From Azolla caroliniana (taxonomy: Eukaryota > Plantae > Polypodiophyta), in assembly GCA_043228905.1 (NCBI GenBank), contig JBHGNT010000008.1:17484001-17548000 (forward strand): 64,000 bases of DNA. Reading direction: 5' to 3'. Both the position numbers and the translations under genes were made by a program. Position 1 is the first letter of the stretch, and every line of letters starts with the position of its first letter. The notes below the pieces were generated by a model, which did not search any database, was not told where the DNA came from, and worked only from the letters and a program-made list of their open reading frames with translations. Below, piece after piece: positions 1-12,200 of the stretch.

Positions 1-261
1 ACGCCTCTGTGTAATACCGCCGCCTGTGGCGAGGACAGCGAGCTCAAGGTCGTCGCCTTGCAGCTCGCCATTGTATATTTCTCTGTGCATAGTTTTGGTT
101 TGGAGTCTTGCACTCCCGTGGTTTTTCCCGTATAGGGTTTTCCACGTTAATCCCTGTGTTATCGTGTCTTTCTCTGTGTTTCCTATTTTCTGCTGCATTG
201 ATTCGTGATTTCTCGGTTGTGGCCGAACGGTGAAGGTGAATCGGAGCGTGGATTTGTAACA
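1..261 (+). mobile_element. 3' part of an LTR (copia-like) inserted into the gag of the tandem gypsy copy
   Basis: Ends in TGTAACA at 261, exactly where identity to the gag copy (5563 onward) begins. Carries a GTGGTTTTTCCC...GGGTTTTCCACG motif also present in the LTRs near 57330, 62930 and 63985. Confidence 0.6.
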
Positions 262-611
262 CAAACTTGGTAGGGAGGCTGATATTTGGCTCTCTAGGGG
301 TGTTCTGAGCCCCCGACGCTTGCTCTCGTAATGACAATATAGTCGCTTCAAGTTGATGAACCCGCTGTGATAACTCTTCATATTGTTGAGCTTTTTCGGC
401 GCTCACGTGTTGTAGATCTCCAAGTAGCCTTTGATTCTCATGCTCGAATGCCACAAATTTATTCGTGAGCATGTCGAGCTCAAAAAGAACACGCATGTAT
501 TCTTGTTTGCTCACGGACTCCATAGCTTACGAGGGGAGAAGAGAAGGAAGAAGAGAACTTGTTAGGATTTGTGGAAGACGAAGAGATGAAAGGAAAAAAA
601 TTGGTTCAAAC
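262..611 (-). pseudogene. PBS, leader and truncated gag of a second tandem copy of the Tcn1-like element
   Basis: Near-identical to 5563-5912 (MESVSKQEY...ISLPTKF). Abuts the LTR at 612 and is broken at 261 by another LTR. Confidence 0.85.
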
Positions 612-1072
612 TGTCAAGGCTGAGAGAGAGAAAGAGAGAGAAAAAGAGATAGAGAGATAATTGAAAGAGAATTATTATATTGAAGCCTAAAATGGATTAC
701 AAAGAGTAGGCTACAAAATGGCGTTGAACCAATTTAGGTTTGGGATGGGTGGTAGATCCCTATTTATAAGTAATAGAGAACACTCTAGAATATTCTAGGT
801 TATCCTAGAATGTAGAGTAATCTAGAAGATCTCTAGAGTATTCGAGAAGGTTCTAGTGGTATAGAACACTCTAGAATATTGTAGAATGTAGAGTAATATA
901 GAATATTCCTATGATATTAGATTTCATATTCTAGAGACTATACATATAAGAATATTAATACAATGGTTAAGGATTTGACATGTGTACAACAAGGTCCTGG
1001 GTTCAAATCCTTTCGAGTCATAATGTGAATGTCATGATCCTTTCGATGCATGATGTGAGTGTTATCATGACA
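612..1072 (-). repeat. 3' LTR (also serves as 5' LTR of the tandem copy)
   Basis: Direct repeat of 5913-6373, with a PPT on one side and a PBS on the other. Confidence 0.95.
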
Positions 1073-1119
1073 CTATCCCCCTTCTTCGACGACACGTCTC
1101 ATGGGTCGTAAGGTTTGTA

Positions 1120-4100
1120 TTAGGACCTGGTTTACAAGCATATTGGCGATGAAATGCATTGACGAGTTCTGCAGCATTGGAAAGATTTGCGGCAGGTTCC
1201 CAAGTTCGATCATTGGGGGTATAACCTAGCTAATCGACTAAGTAATACAGCTTGTTGCGCACGATTTTAGAATCAAGAATGGCAGCAACTTCAAATTTAG
1301 GCCCATCCAAGAACTCGACAGGTGGTGGGGGTGTCGTAAGTCGGCCCGGAATTGAACTTGTAGTATAAGGTTCCAAAAGGGATACATGAAACACCGGATG
1401 AAGATGCATGTGCGGACGGAGGTCAAGACGAAATGCAACATCACTTATCTTACCAGTGATCATGTTAGGGCCAAAACGTTGGTAATCCAATTTACTGCAA
1501 GGTCGAGTGGTCTTGATGTTGTGTTGGAGAAGCCATACATGATCCCCAATGCGGAACTTTTTTGAGGAGTCTAGACGATGACGATCGGCAAGCCTCTTGT
1601 GTGTAAATTGAGCATCGTGCAAATTGTGGAGAATGTTAGCTTGAATTTCATGGAGGCGACTAAGACGATCCTCGGCAGCAAGGTTCGTAGGAACTTCTGG
1701 ATGCACATTCATCGTCCACCGAGGATGACAGCTTGTATTTGCGAAAAATGGGGAATATCCTGTAGAAGAATGGGTTGAGTTGTTGTAAGCGAATTCTGCC
1801 AAGTGCAAAAAAGCAACCCAATCATCTTGTTGATAGTTGATGAAACAACGAAGATATTGTTCCAATGTCTGGTTGGTACGCTCTGTTTGGCCATTTGTTT
1901 CAGGATGATAGCCTGAGGAAAGCTTAACTGAAATGTGGAGAAGTTTGAACAGGTGCTTCCAAAAATTTGAGATGAATTGTGGACCACGATCACTAATAAT
2001 ATCATCCGGCAGACCATGATGCTTAAATACCTCCAGCATAACGAGATCAGCCGCCTCTTGACTAGTAATCGACTTTGTACATGGCAAGAAATGTGCCATT
2101 TTGGTAAATCGATCAACCACTGTGAGAATTGCATCAAAACCTTTTGAAACTGGGAGATCAGTAATGAAGTCCAAGGATATAGACTTCCAAGGAGTTTCCG
2201 GAATGGGAAGTGGTTGTAGTAAGCCATAGGGTCTGTGACGAGGATTCTTTGATCGACAACATATATCACAACTCCGAACATACTCCTCAACAAAATGACG
2301 AAGGCGAGGCCACCAATAGCATCGAGAAATTAATTCTAGAGTCTTGTGAACTCCAAAATGACCAACCATTGGTGAGTCATGGCAATGTTGCAAAACTTGT
2401 AGCCATGGGGGACCATCAGGAACATACAATAAATTTTGTCGAAATAGAAAACCACCATGCCAATAGAACCGACAATAGTCATTACGAGGATTTTTCGACC
2501 GTGAGCAAGAAGCACGATCCGGGATGATCTGATCCAAAACATCCTTGGCGAAATCATCAGTGGCCATGTGATCTCGAATGGAATCAAGAAGAGTGGAATT
2601 TTCAAGAGTTGTTATGGCGTAAACTACCATTAATTGTAATCGATTAGGACCCAAAAGGATTTATTTTTTATGCTCAAATGCAGGTTCCCCTAGACGAAGT
2701 TCCATATAAGAGCGCCGAGAAAGAGCATCTGCTTTGCCTTGCTGCATCCCAGGGCGATATATGATGATAAAGTCGAAGTGAGTCAAAAATTGTGCCCACC
2801 GGGCTTGTCCCCGACTCAAGACTCGAGCATTTTGGAAATAAGTCAGGTTCTTATGATCATTGTAGACAATGATCTGTTGAGAAGAACCTTCTAGGAAATG
2901 TCACCATTGTTGAAACGAATCCACGATTGCAAGAAGCTCTTTGTCATGGATCTCGTAGTTGATCTCTGCAGCTTCAAACTTTTGTGAATGAAAGGCGACA
3001 TGGTGTAGTTGTCCATCATCTCCAAATTGCGAGAGGACACTCCCTACTGCAAAATCGGATGCATCAACTTCGAGGATGAAGCGTTTTGTTGGGTCGACAT
3101 ATGCTAAGATAGGTGCCGTTGTAAATGCTCGTTTTAAGCTTTCGAATGCCTTGGCTGCATCTAAACTCCATATAAATGGTCGATCTTTATGTGTGAGCTG
3201 AGTAAGCAGAAGCACAACCTTGGAATAATCTTTAATAAATTTTCGATAAAAATTTGCAAACCCGAGAAAACATTGCACATCACGCACTGAAAGAGGCGTT
3301 TGCCACTCTAAAATTGCTTGTACCTTCATGGGGTCCATAGCAATACCAGTTGACGATACAACATACCCCAAAAATTCCACTTGATTCTGGCCAAAACTAC
3401 ACTTTCTAATTTTGCGTAGAGACCATATTCTCGGAGTCGACGCAGTACCTGACGAACATGTTCATCATGCTCCTCTTGGGTCTTTGAGTAGATTAAAATA
3501 TCATCTAGGTAAACTATATTGAAGATATCAAGAAAATCGAAAAATATCGTTCGCCATATGTTGGAAAACAACAGGTGCATTCGTGAGACCGAATGGCATC
3601 ACTGTATACTCAAAATGTCCATAGCGAGTGCGGAAAGTTGTCTTCCATTCATCCCCCGGGCGAATCCGAACTAGATTATATGCTCCGCGAAGGTCCAACT
3701 TCGTGAAATATTTTGCACCACTGTGACGTTCCAAAAGATTCGGGATTAATGGTAGAGCATATCTATTCCGGATAGTCACTTTGTTTAGCCCTCGATAATC
3801 CACGACCAACCGAAGAGTCCCATTCTTCTTCTTAACGAAGAAGATAAGTGCACCAGCAAGGTATCTAGAATGCCGAATGAATCCGTTTGCCAGATTCTCA
3901 TCAATATATTCCCGCAAAGTTTCTAGCTCTATAGGGGAGAGATTATAAATTGGGCCCCATGGAGGTTCTTTCCCTGGTTGTAAGTCAATAGGGCAGTCAT
4001 ATGGCCGATGCTCCGGCAATGTATTGGCCTTCACCTTATCAAAGACATCTGGAAACTCCTTGTATTTCTCTAGTAGTTTAATATCCGCCTCACGTGAAGT

Positions 4101-4712
4101 AGATGATGGAGTTGCTATTATTGTGAAGACGAACATGGCCTCGTTCCCCCCTTCCTCCCGCAACTGTCGTAAAGAGATGGGCGATAACTCCGGGGATCTA
4201 TTATCACATGTAGGAGAGAGTGATGTAGGGTTTGTGCTTTTTTCCCGGGTCTCCTCAATTGTTCTTTTCATCCAATCAATCTTCAGGTTATGGAGTTCAA
4301 ACCAGGGGAGACCTAGAACTATTGGGTGTTCCGGACTACGAATAATGTTGAAAGAGATTATGCTTGCCAAATTGCCAAGAACTATCCTAATTGGCTCAGA
4401 CTCCTCGACTATATCTCCTGATGCTATGGGATGTCCATCAATGACTCCTACGGCTACTGGGTTGGGAAGCTTATTCAAGAGGATGTTTTGTGACAAGGCA
4501 AATTCACGATCCATGAAACAAGAGTTGGCTCCAGAATCTAGAAGGGCAAAGGCTAGGACTCGATGACATGCAGATGGGGTAAGCTCGACTGGTGCTAAAA
4601 AAACTCGACTCACTTGATTTGATGAAATGGAACCACGACTAGGAACTAACTCTACATAGCTAGGATGGTCCAGCCAAATGGCTCCTATTTTGGCCGGACT
4701 TACTCGTTTAAC
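1120..4712 (-). pseudogene. pol (protease, RT, RNase H, integrase, chromodomain) with frameshifts and stops
   Basis: LLDSGA protease; YLDD RT; DASDFAVG RNase H; HHCC and DFIT/SDRG/GQTER integrase; FEVAAILDS...YYLVD*...TWEP chromodomain. Confidence 0.95.
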
Positions 4713-5824
4713 ACATCCTCTAATTGACTCAAGACATCGAATCTATTCTCATGGCATGGACTATGAGGCTTATTTATGTTATTAGAAGTAACAATAGAAC
4801 TCGATGTAGGGATTTCATGGGCACTTACTTGGTATACTTGATGCCTAGGTTTATGTGGACAATTTACAGCTATATGTCCTGGACCGCCACAATACAGACA
4901 GAGGCGATGCGCTCGACGTCGTTGCTTCTCAGCATCTGATAACGGCCCACGACGTTGTGTTGACTCTATTTCCATCGGAGTTGGGCCATCCCTTGTAATG
5001 GGTCTAGAAACTTGTGGAGGTGTTGCGACTACGGAAGCATAAGTCTGCTCAGGTTGGCAGCGTAACATTTGTTGGCACTCAGAACGTCGCTCAAATAGGC
5101 GATTATCGCATCGCACAGCTCGACTAATGGCTTCTGTAAGTGACTGCGGATCTTCAGGGAAAGTAAGAAGAAGATCTTTGACATCATTTCTCAAACCTTG
5201 ACGCAATTGATCCATTAAAGCTGCCTCATCCCAAGGGATATCGCATGCCAAGAGACGGAAATCGGCTGCATAAGACGACGCGGAACGATCTCCTTGTCAG
5301 AGCCTTCGAATCTTGTTTATCGCTGTCTTAGTGTTGTCGGTGTCTCCGAAACTAGCTTGAAACTCTTTAACAAATGCCTCGAAATCCTCCAACAATGGTG
5401 ATTTCTTCTCGAGAAGTGGTGTGAACCATGCTAACGCCGTACCGCATAGCAAAGTTCCCACTAATCCCACATGAGCAGCATCAGTTGGATATCGATTGGG
5501 ATGTAGATGAATAACTAGACGAACTTGATTCAAAAAGCCTCGAAATAAAGACCTCGTACCATCAAACTTGGCAGGGAGGCTGATATCTGGCTCTCAAGGG
5601 GAGTTCTGAGCTCCTGACGCTTGCTCTCGTAATGACAATATAGTCGCTTCAAGTTGATGAACCCGCTGTGATAACTCTTCATATTGTTGAGCTTTTTCAG
5701 CGCTCACGTGTTGTAGATCTCCAAGTAGCCTTTGATTCTCATGCTCTAATGCCACAAATTTATTCGGGAGCATGTCGAGCTCAAAAAGAACACGCATGTA
5801 TTCTTGTTTGCTCACGGACTCCAT
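4700..5824 (-). pseudogene. gag with CCHC zinc knuckle, interrupted by stops
   Basis: ORF pieces 5594-5824, 5297-5533 and 4700-5251; CLYCGGPGHIAVNC; PTPMEI motif. Confidence 0.9.
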
Positions 5825-5912
5825 AGCTTACGAGGGGAGAAGAGAAGGAAGAAGAGAACTTGTTAGGATTTGTGGAAGACGAAGAGATGAAAGGACAAAA
5901 ATTGGTTCAAAC

Positions 5913-6373
5913 TGTCAAGACTGAGAGAGAGAAAGAGAGAGAAAAAGAGATAGAGAGATAATTGAAAGAGAATTATTATATTGAAGCGTAAAATGGATTA
6001 CAAAGAGTAGGCTACAAAATGGCGTTGAACCAATTTAGGTTTGGGATGGGTGGTAGATCCCTATTTATAAGTAATAGAGAACACTCTAGAATATTCTAGG
6101 TTATCCTAGAATGTAGAGTAATCTAGAAGATCTCTAGAGTATTCTAGAAGGTTCTAGTGGTATAGAACACTCTAGAATATTCTAGAATGTAGAGTAATAT
6201 AGAATATTCCTATGATATTAGATTTCATATTCTAGAGACTATACATATAAGAATATTAATACAATGGTTAAGGATTTGACATGTGTACAACAAGGTCCTG
6301 GGTTCAAATCCTTTCGAGTCATAATGTGAATGTCATGATCCTTTCGATGCATGATGTGAGTGTTATCATGACA
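5913..6373 (-). repeat. 5' LTR with TATA box and heat-shock-element array
   Basis: TATAAATA on the minus strand at 6062-6069; nGAAn/nTTCn arrays at 6141-6155 and 6174-6188. Confidence 0.95.
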
Positions 6374-7387
6374 CAAAGTAAATGATATGTGTTTGTTGTC
6401 GTATGCGTAAGAGGTCAATACCTCAATTGTGTATTACCCTTATTATTGGATGTTTCGTGTGCGTAGACGTTATATGCCTCGATTACGTATCTCAATTACA
6501 TCATTGTTGGCTATATATGTGATAAATATACATATGTGTATATTAATTATTACTTGATTTCTATATCGAATGTTGTCCTTTTCGGGGAAAGGATCTTGGT
6601 GGCCGTCCTCACATTTTTGTGAGAATGGCATAGTCACCATCCTTTTTTCAACAATTTTTTTTGTTGACATCCCCGGTGGTCTCTTCAATTTCGTTACATA
6701 ACGAAACGATCATAGCCACAATAATGTTGAGAACGTAGGGCTTGACCCACTTCATGTAAGGTCGCACCTATGACACACATATCCAACATCCCTCCCTCAT
6801 CACATGGATGTGATGCCACCATGAGATCATTCTTACGAAAGGCATTCATAATGACGTAACCATGTGATGGGCCACATGGGCCTACTACGAAAAGAGGGTT
6901 CATTTGGTTTGACCATTAGGTTGCACTTTTGGCCGACTAGCCTCCTTGGGAGGTGATCTAGCTCGGTGGAGTGCAGACCAACTAACGTCTTTCTTCTCTT
7001 CTCTTGATGGTTGCCAAACTTAGGGTCTTCAAGAAGAAGGGGGAAGGATGTTGTTGGAAACAGATGTCGGTCGGCAGTGAGTTGAAGAACGTGGCTTTGA
7101 TACCAGATGTTGGAGTTTGAGACTGTCGGTGTAGAAACAAGAACAACATCTACGTTAAGAAGATCACCAAGTTAGCTAGTTAAAACAAGATCAAGGAGAA
7201 AGTGTGAGAAAGAGAGGCAAAGAGGCACACAATGTAACTATATTAGTAAAACTTAGAGTTACAACAAAATGAAGGCAACAACAACATGAGCTAGGTTACA
7301 AAGCTAGTTATATACTAACTGGGCTAGGGTAGTTGCCCTTTGACATAATTACAGAATTGTCCTAAACCTAGTTTATCCTAAGGAACA
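6374..7387 (-). mobile_element. 5' LTR (7108-7387), tRNA-Met PBS and leader of an older LTR element interrupted by the Tcn1-like element
   Basis: Minus-strand TGGTATCAAAGCC at 7093-7105 lies next to a TG...CA-bounded segment of about 280 bp. Confidence 0.65.
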
Positions 7388-7409
7388 ATGTGAATACAGC
7401 CATTATACA

Positions 7410-8027
7410 CCCATATTTGACAGATATGTTTCGTGCCTACATGGAACACCGAGTTCCGAGCCAGATGAATATTGCTCATGTTGTCATAGTAAGGGGAATC
7501 GGATCTTTGATGCAAATGCCCAGATCCTTGAATGTTCTCTTCAGCCAAACGGCTTCACATGATGCAACGTCTGCACCCCTATATTTGGCTTCTATGCTTG
7601 ACAATGGAACTATTGGCTGCTTTTTGCTTCTATGCTTGACAAATCCCGAGGTCGATCGTCTGTTGGCCTTGAAGCCGACCTAGTATACATTTGTGTACCC
7701 TTAGAGTCAAACGACTGTTTTCAACTTATAGAAGTTGTCATAATCCATCATCCCACTAACGTACCTGAGTACTATCTTAGCGCAATCCAAATGAATATTT
7801 TGAGGTATTAGCATGAATTGGCTAAGTAGAACGACTGAATCATTGAGGTTGGGTCGTGTGATGGTAAGATAGAGTAAACTACCGACCAATTGACAATACC
7901 TGGTCGGCTCACACTCTTCTGTCATAGAGTCGGCATCGACGTTTAAGTTTCGATCTAGAGGGGTTGACACAGGTTTGCACTCTGTCATCCCAAACATGTA
8001 TAACAAGTTGAGGATGTAAATAGACAC
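7410..8027 (-). pseudogene. Ty1/copia RT-RNase H fragment
   Basis: CKPVSTPL, YCQLVGSLLYLTITRP, LSSIEAKY and TKHI motifs. Confidence 0.85.
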
Positions 8028-8166
8028 ACTAGGTTCAAGCTAATTTTGTAAATAATAGAAAGGGCAATTGGCCTAAGTTAGTTGGTATTTAAACCAACTC
8101 TTTTGTAACCTAGTTATTGTCGGATGTATTTTTTGTTATAACTATTTCTTGCTAATATAGCTTTGT

Positions 8167-8188
8167 GTTCTCTCTCTCTCTCTCTATC

Positions 8189-8227
<39 letters not shown>

Positions 8228-8250
8228 TTGTCTTTCACACACACACACAC
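8167..8250. repeat. (CT)n/(CA)n microsatellite
   Basis: Visible dinucleotide runs. Confidence 0.9.
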
Positions 8251-11200
8251 AATTTCCTTCCATTGCACAAGATCACCTACACTCTCCATTTCTTTATCAA
8301 TATTAAGCTCTAAAGAAGTACTAGCTAATGGTATTGTTTACTTGTTCGATTTAGTTTTTGAGGGGTTTGGTAGGGTGTTTATAGATTGAATCATTTTTAG
8401 TCTAGGTGTGTGTGAGTGCTAGGTATTAAGCTATCGTTATCAAACATCAATCACCCACTGAATATAAATCATTTGGCTTTTGGGATATACAATCAATAAC
8501 CCTTGTAGCATTCCCCAAAACCAAACAAACACGTTACAAATCACATGATTGTCAAATTTCGATTGGTTATATTAGGGTATTAGTGCACTAGTTAAACATC
8601 CAAATATTTGTTAGGTTTTCATAATCTAGTCTTTTTCCAAACCATAAATGCATCGAAGCTGTCCAAAAATGTATCTACTATATTTCCTATTGAATTATAA
8701 CAAGCATTCAATAAAGCCTCATTACAATATATTCAAGAAAGATTTGCAATGGGGAGCACACAATGATCGTTGATGATATCCATATATGGCTAGTTTGTCT
8801 TCCAACGATTGAATTTTGTTGAGGAGTATAAGGATTGTAAATATTTGTTGAATCTAATTTATTTTTAAAAAATAGTTTTGGAAATTTTGGGATTTAGATT
8901 CTTCACCATTCTTATGAAAGTGCTTTAAAGGTCAATGTTGTTGGGTTGCCACAAGTAATGATATAGACCTTGAAATTTTTAAGGATTTGATTAACAGATT
9001 TTGTATTTTTGAAAGACTGTGGCCATTGTGAAATCAGTAAAGGCATTGCTAAAGGTTAACAAATATACAACCCAACAAAATCTATCCCTAATGCATTTTA
9101 ATCAAATAATTGGGCCATATATATTCATGTATACGAGTTGGAGCACTTTGACTGTTATCTTAGGATGCGAAGGAAAGGGGGAGTTAGAGAGCTTATAAAA
9201 AATATACCCTTCACAAAGGTATAGTTTGGATTTTTGCAGTAAAGTAAAACCAATGGCTATGTTTGGCAATGTGAGCCATTGTCTAATGGTTCAAGTCACC
9301 GAATTGATAATTCTATAATAGGGTATCATAGCAGGATGTGTTTATATGATATGTTTCTTCAACAAATGCCATAGAGCGACCTAATAAGCAAAGACATCCT
9401 TGTCTGGACAATTAACTACATAACCTTGATCAAAGGGTGTTTTATGGAAAATGATGTAATGGTTGTGATAAAGTTTTATTGATGTAGTATCATTTGTGAT
9501 TTTATTTAGAAATATTAAGTTTTTCTTTAGATTAATGAGCTTCTTTGACTTCAATGAGGTTACGAATCACGATTAGAGAGTTCAAGATAGGTTGTGTGTT
9601 GTTAGAGGGTGTATTCAATGCTATTATTGCTAGATATTAGGCCAAAGGGATATTCTAGATTCTTATAACCTTTAAGCCATTCTACCCCTGATGCGAGGTG
9701 ACATGTAAGTCCTAGATCCGAAGATACACATGGAAGTCAAAGGATGATCAAGTGAAGTAAGGGCCCAACAAAAGGCAATGAAAGAGTCTCCACTGTTCTC
9801 ATTGCAATTATGGTCATTATGATATGTTGTGTCATTATTATGGTGATCACAACCATTACGGCATGCCTTATACTTGCGTGATTTGTTTTGTATGGTGTTT
9901 ACCCTTTCTTATTAAAATTCCAGTAGAGTTATTCATTTTGTACCTATTTTTTTTACATTTTTTACAAAATGACTCAAGCAACCTAGATTTGGAATAGTCA
10001 CGCATATAATTTGATTTAGAATTTTTTGAATAAAATTTAGAGTTTGTGGATTGAAAAGTTTACACATTTAATTTAAATTTTTTGAATATGTTTTGAGATG
10101 AGGAAGGTTAATACATTGCTTACTAAGTTAGTTTTGTGGATATATTGGGAGCATGAAGCTCCTCCTCCATTATTATTAGAGTGTGTAACAGGTTAAGGTT
10201 GTATAGGATTGGGCACAAAGGGAAAAGAAAATTACGTAAATAAATAGTGTGAACCCTAAATGGATTGTTGATGTAAGTTACATTACCCCAATGCATTCTC
10301 TCTTAGAGAGCCTCACCAAGAATTTCATTTGTGGTGGGCTATTGTGGACGAGGAATGGCCCACTTGTCCTAGAAGAAAGTATGTTTCCATACGTTCCCTA
10401 ACAAAACAAATGTTTTTGCTTCTCAATAGTTGTGCCTAGAAAGGCTTTCATGTGAAGCCTATGAGCTTGTTGGTGGCTTCATAATGCAATTCACTGTCCC
10501 TGACCCCCCTCTTTCATAAACTCTTTTCCAAAACAAAGTTCACATGTGAACTAAAACTTGATAGATAGAATGTACATTTTGCCCCTTCATATTCCATGCT
10601 ACCACTTCCATTAATTAATCTATGATCTCATTGGTACCCTTTCTCTTTTAGAGTAATTGATGCTAGAAAAAGAGTAAAGAATTTTTCCAAAGTTGCGGAG
10701 GGCTACCTATGGGAACCTTTTGTCTAGGTCCTTTGCTAGTTGCCTGACAAAAACTAATTACAGCGCAACCAAGTGAATCAAATTGAAATTGAAAGGATTA
10801 TCCCCATTGCCAAGGAGATTTCTAATACCACTCCCTTGTTCATGAACTACATTGCGAAGTAGTATAACAAGTAGCAGGCAAAACCATATATGTTGTATAT
10901 CCACCCATTTCTCCTTAGGATTACCTTTAATATGTTGCCAATATTCATCAACATCAACATTGGTCTAAGGCATATCAAATGCTTGTTTGTCATTACTTGT
11001 ATGCATTAGGCCTCGTTGTCTATCATGTGTTTGTTTGAATTGTCGAGGATTACAGGTCTTATTGTCATGTTGCTAGTGGTGCACAACAGAAAAAATGGGA
11101 TCTTTGCATATGTAAAATTTAATTTGTAAACAAATTTTATGTGTATATATATATATAGGGTGTGATGTTTGAACCTCGTAACTTATACTCGTAAGGTAGT

Positions 11201-11679
11201 CTTATAAGGTAGTTAACATACATAAATGTAAAATCAAAATGCATATGTGTAACGAAGGTGTGAACCAGTAATTCCAGAAATAGCATTGACATTTTATATA
11301 GAAAAAAGGGAAAAGAGCATGAGCATCTACAGAGGCATGCGTGCGCACCCTCCTCCCCTCCCCTTCTTCATAAGCTATTGAAAGGCCTTGGACACATATG
11401 AGAAGGGGAGTTTGGTAGGGAAGAATACAAGAGCAAGCACATGCCTCACAAGTTATTTGTAAAATTTCATGGGTTTAAAAGAAAAAACATGGGTAATTTA
11501 TTTTGTTTTTTCTAAATTTATTCTATACATAAAATAAATGTTTTATATTACCTTCATATTTATTCCATCTACATTTGATTGAGTATTAAGTCACCGTGTG
11601 GCCACTTTGATGATGCGACCATTTTGATAAGATAATTTAGGTGGAGCCATACAAAATGTGTAGTGTTTTGTTGGTCATC

Positions 11680-12200
11680 ACAAAGTCATGCATTCAAGCA
11701 AGTTATCTCTTGGTCATAGGCTATATATAATCTTACAACTTGGAATGCACATTAGACAATTCGATGACATTGTGGGAGAATATGTATAGCTTGTGTTAAT
11801 CCAAAGTATCGAACCACACACATAGCTTTTGTTGGTCGTAGTCAAACGCGGTGACAATAATAAGCAAGATTTCAAAACCAGCAGCAAGTTTCTTGAGTTT
11901 GGATATAAATCTTGACGCATTCATTGTGATCAAGAGCCACGACGTGACGGGATGAAGAAAAGGGAGAGAGAGAGGATTTCGTCTTCCTTGCCAATCAATT
12001 AAATGAAGGCTTTTACTTTTTCTTCCTTCCTTTCTTTCTGCAGAGTTACGAATCACGATCTCTCCGTCCCTCCCTCGCCAATCCACTTTCCATTCAATAA
12101 CGCGTTGCCTCATCCATCCCCTCACTCACCTCGTTGTTCCTCTACAAACACGTTACACCAGACAGAGTCTCTGTCTCTCTCACTGTGTATATATACTTGT
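11680..12200 (+). promoter_or_regulatory. orphan copy of the GLP upstream/promoter region with no CDS following
   Basis: Colinear blocks shared with 13300-14200 and 26700-27280: GCATTCAAGCA, TCAAGAG.CAC...TGACG..ATGAAGAAAA, CTTTTACTTTTTCTTC and CAGACAGAG...TATATA. Confidence 0.6.

Larger units (their letters stand above)
612..6373 (-). mobile_element. Ty3/gypsy chromovirus (Tcn1-like), full length but decayed
   Basis: 461-bp LTRs (612-1072, 5913-6373; TGTCA...TGACA; about 4 differences). PPT GAAGAAGGGGGATAG at 1073-1087 and a non-tRNA PBS at 5899-5910. Domain order gag-PR-RT-RH-INT-chromodomain. Confidence 0.95.

Noticed and set aside
44-523. 159-aa ORF as a novel gene
   Set aside because: It is a gag N-terminus reading through into an inserted LTR.
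8400-11100. Possible degraded gene or transposon relic
   Set aside because: No ORF or motif could be identified with confidence by eye.
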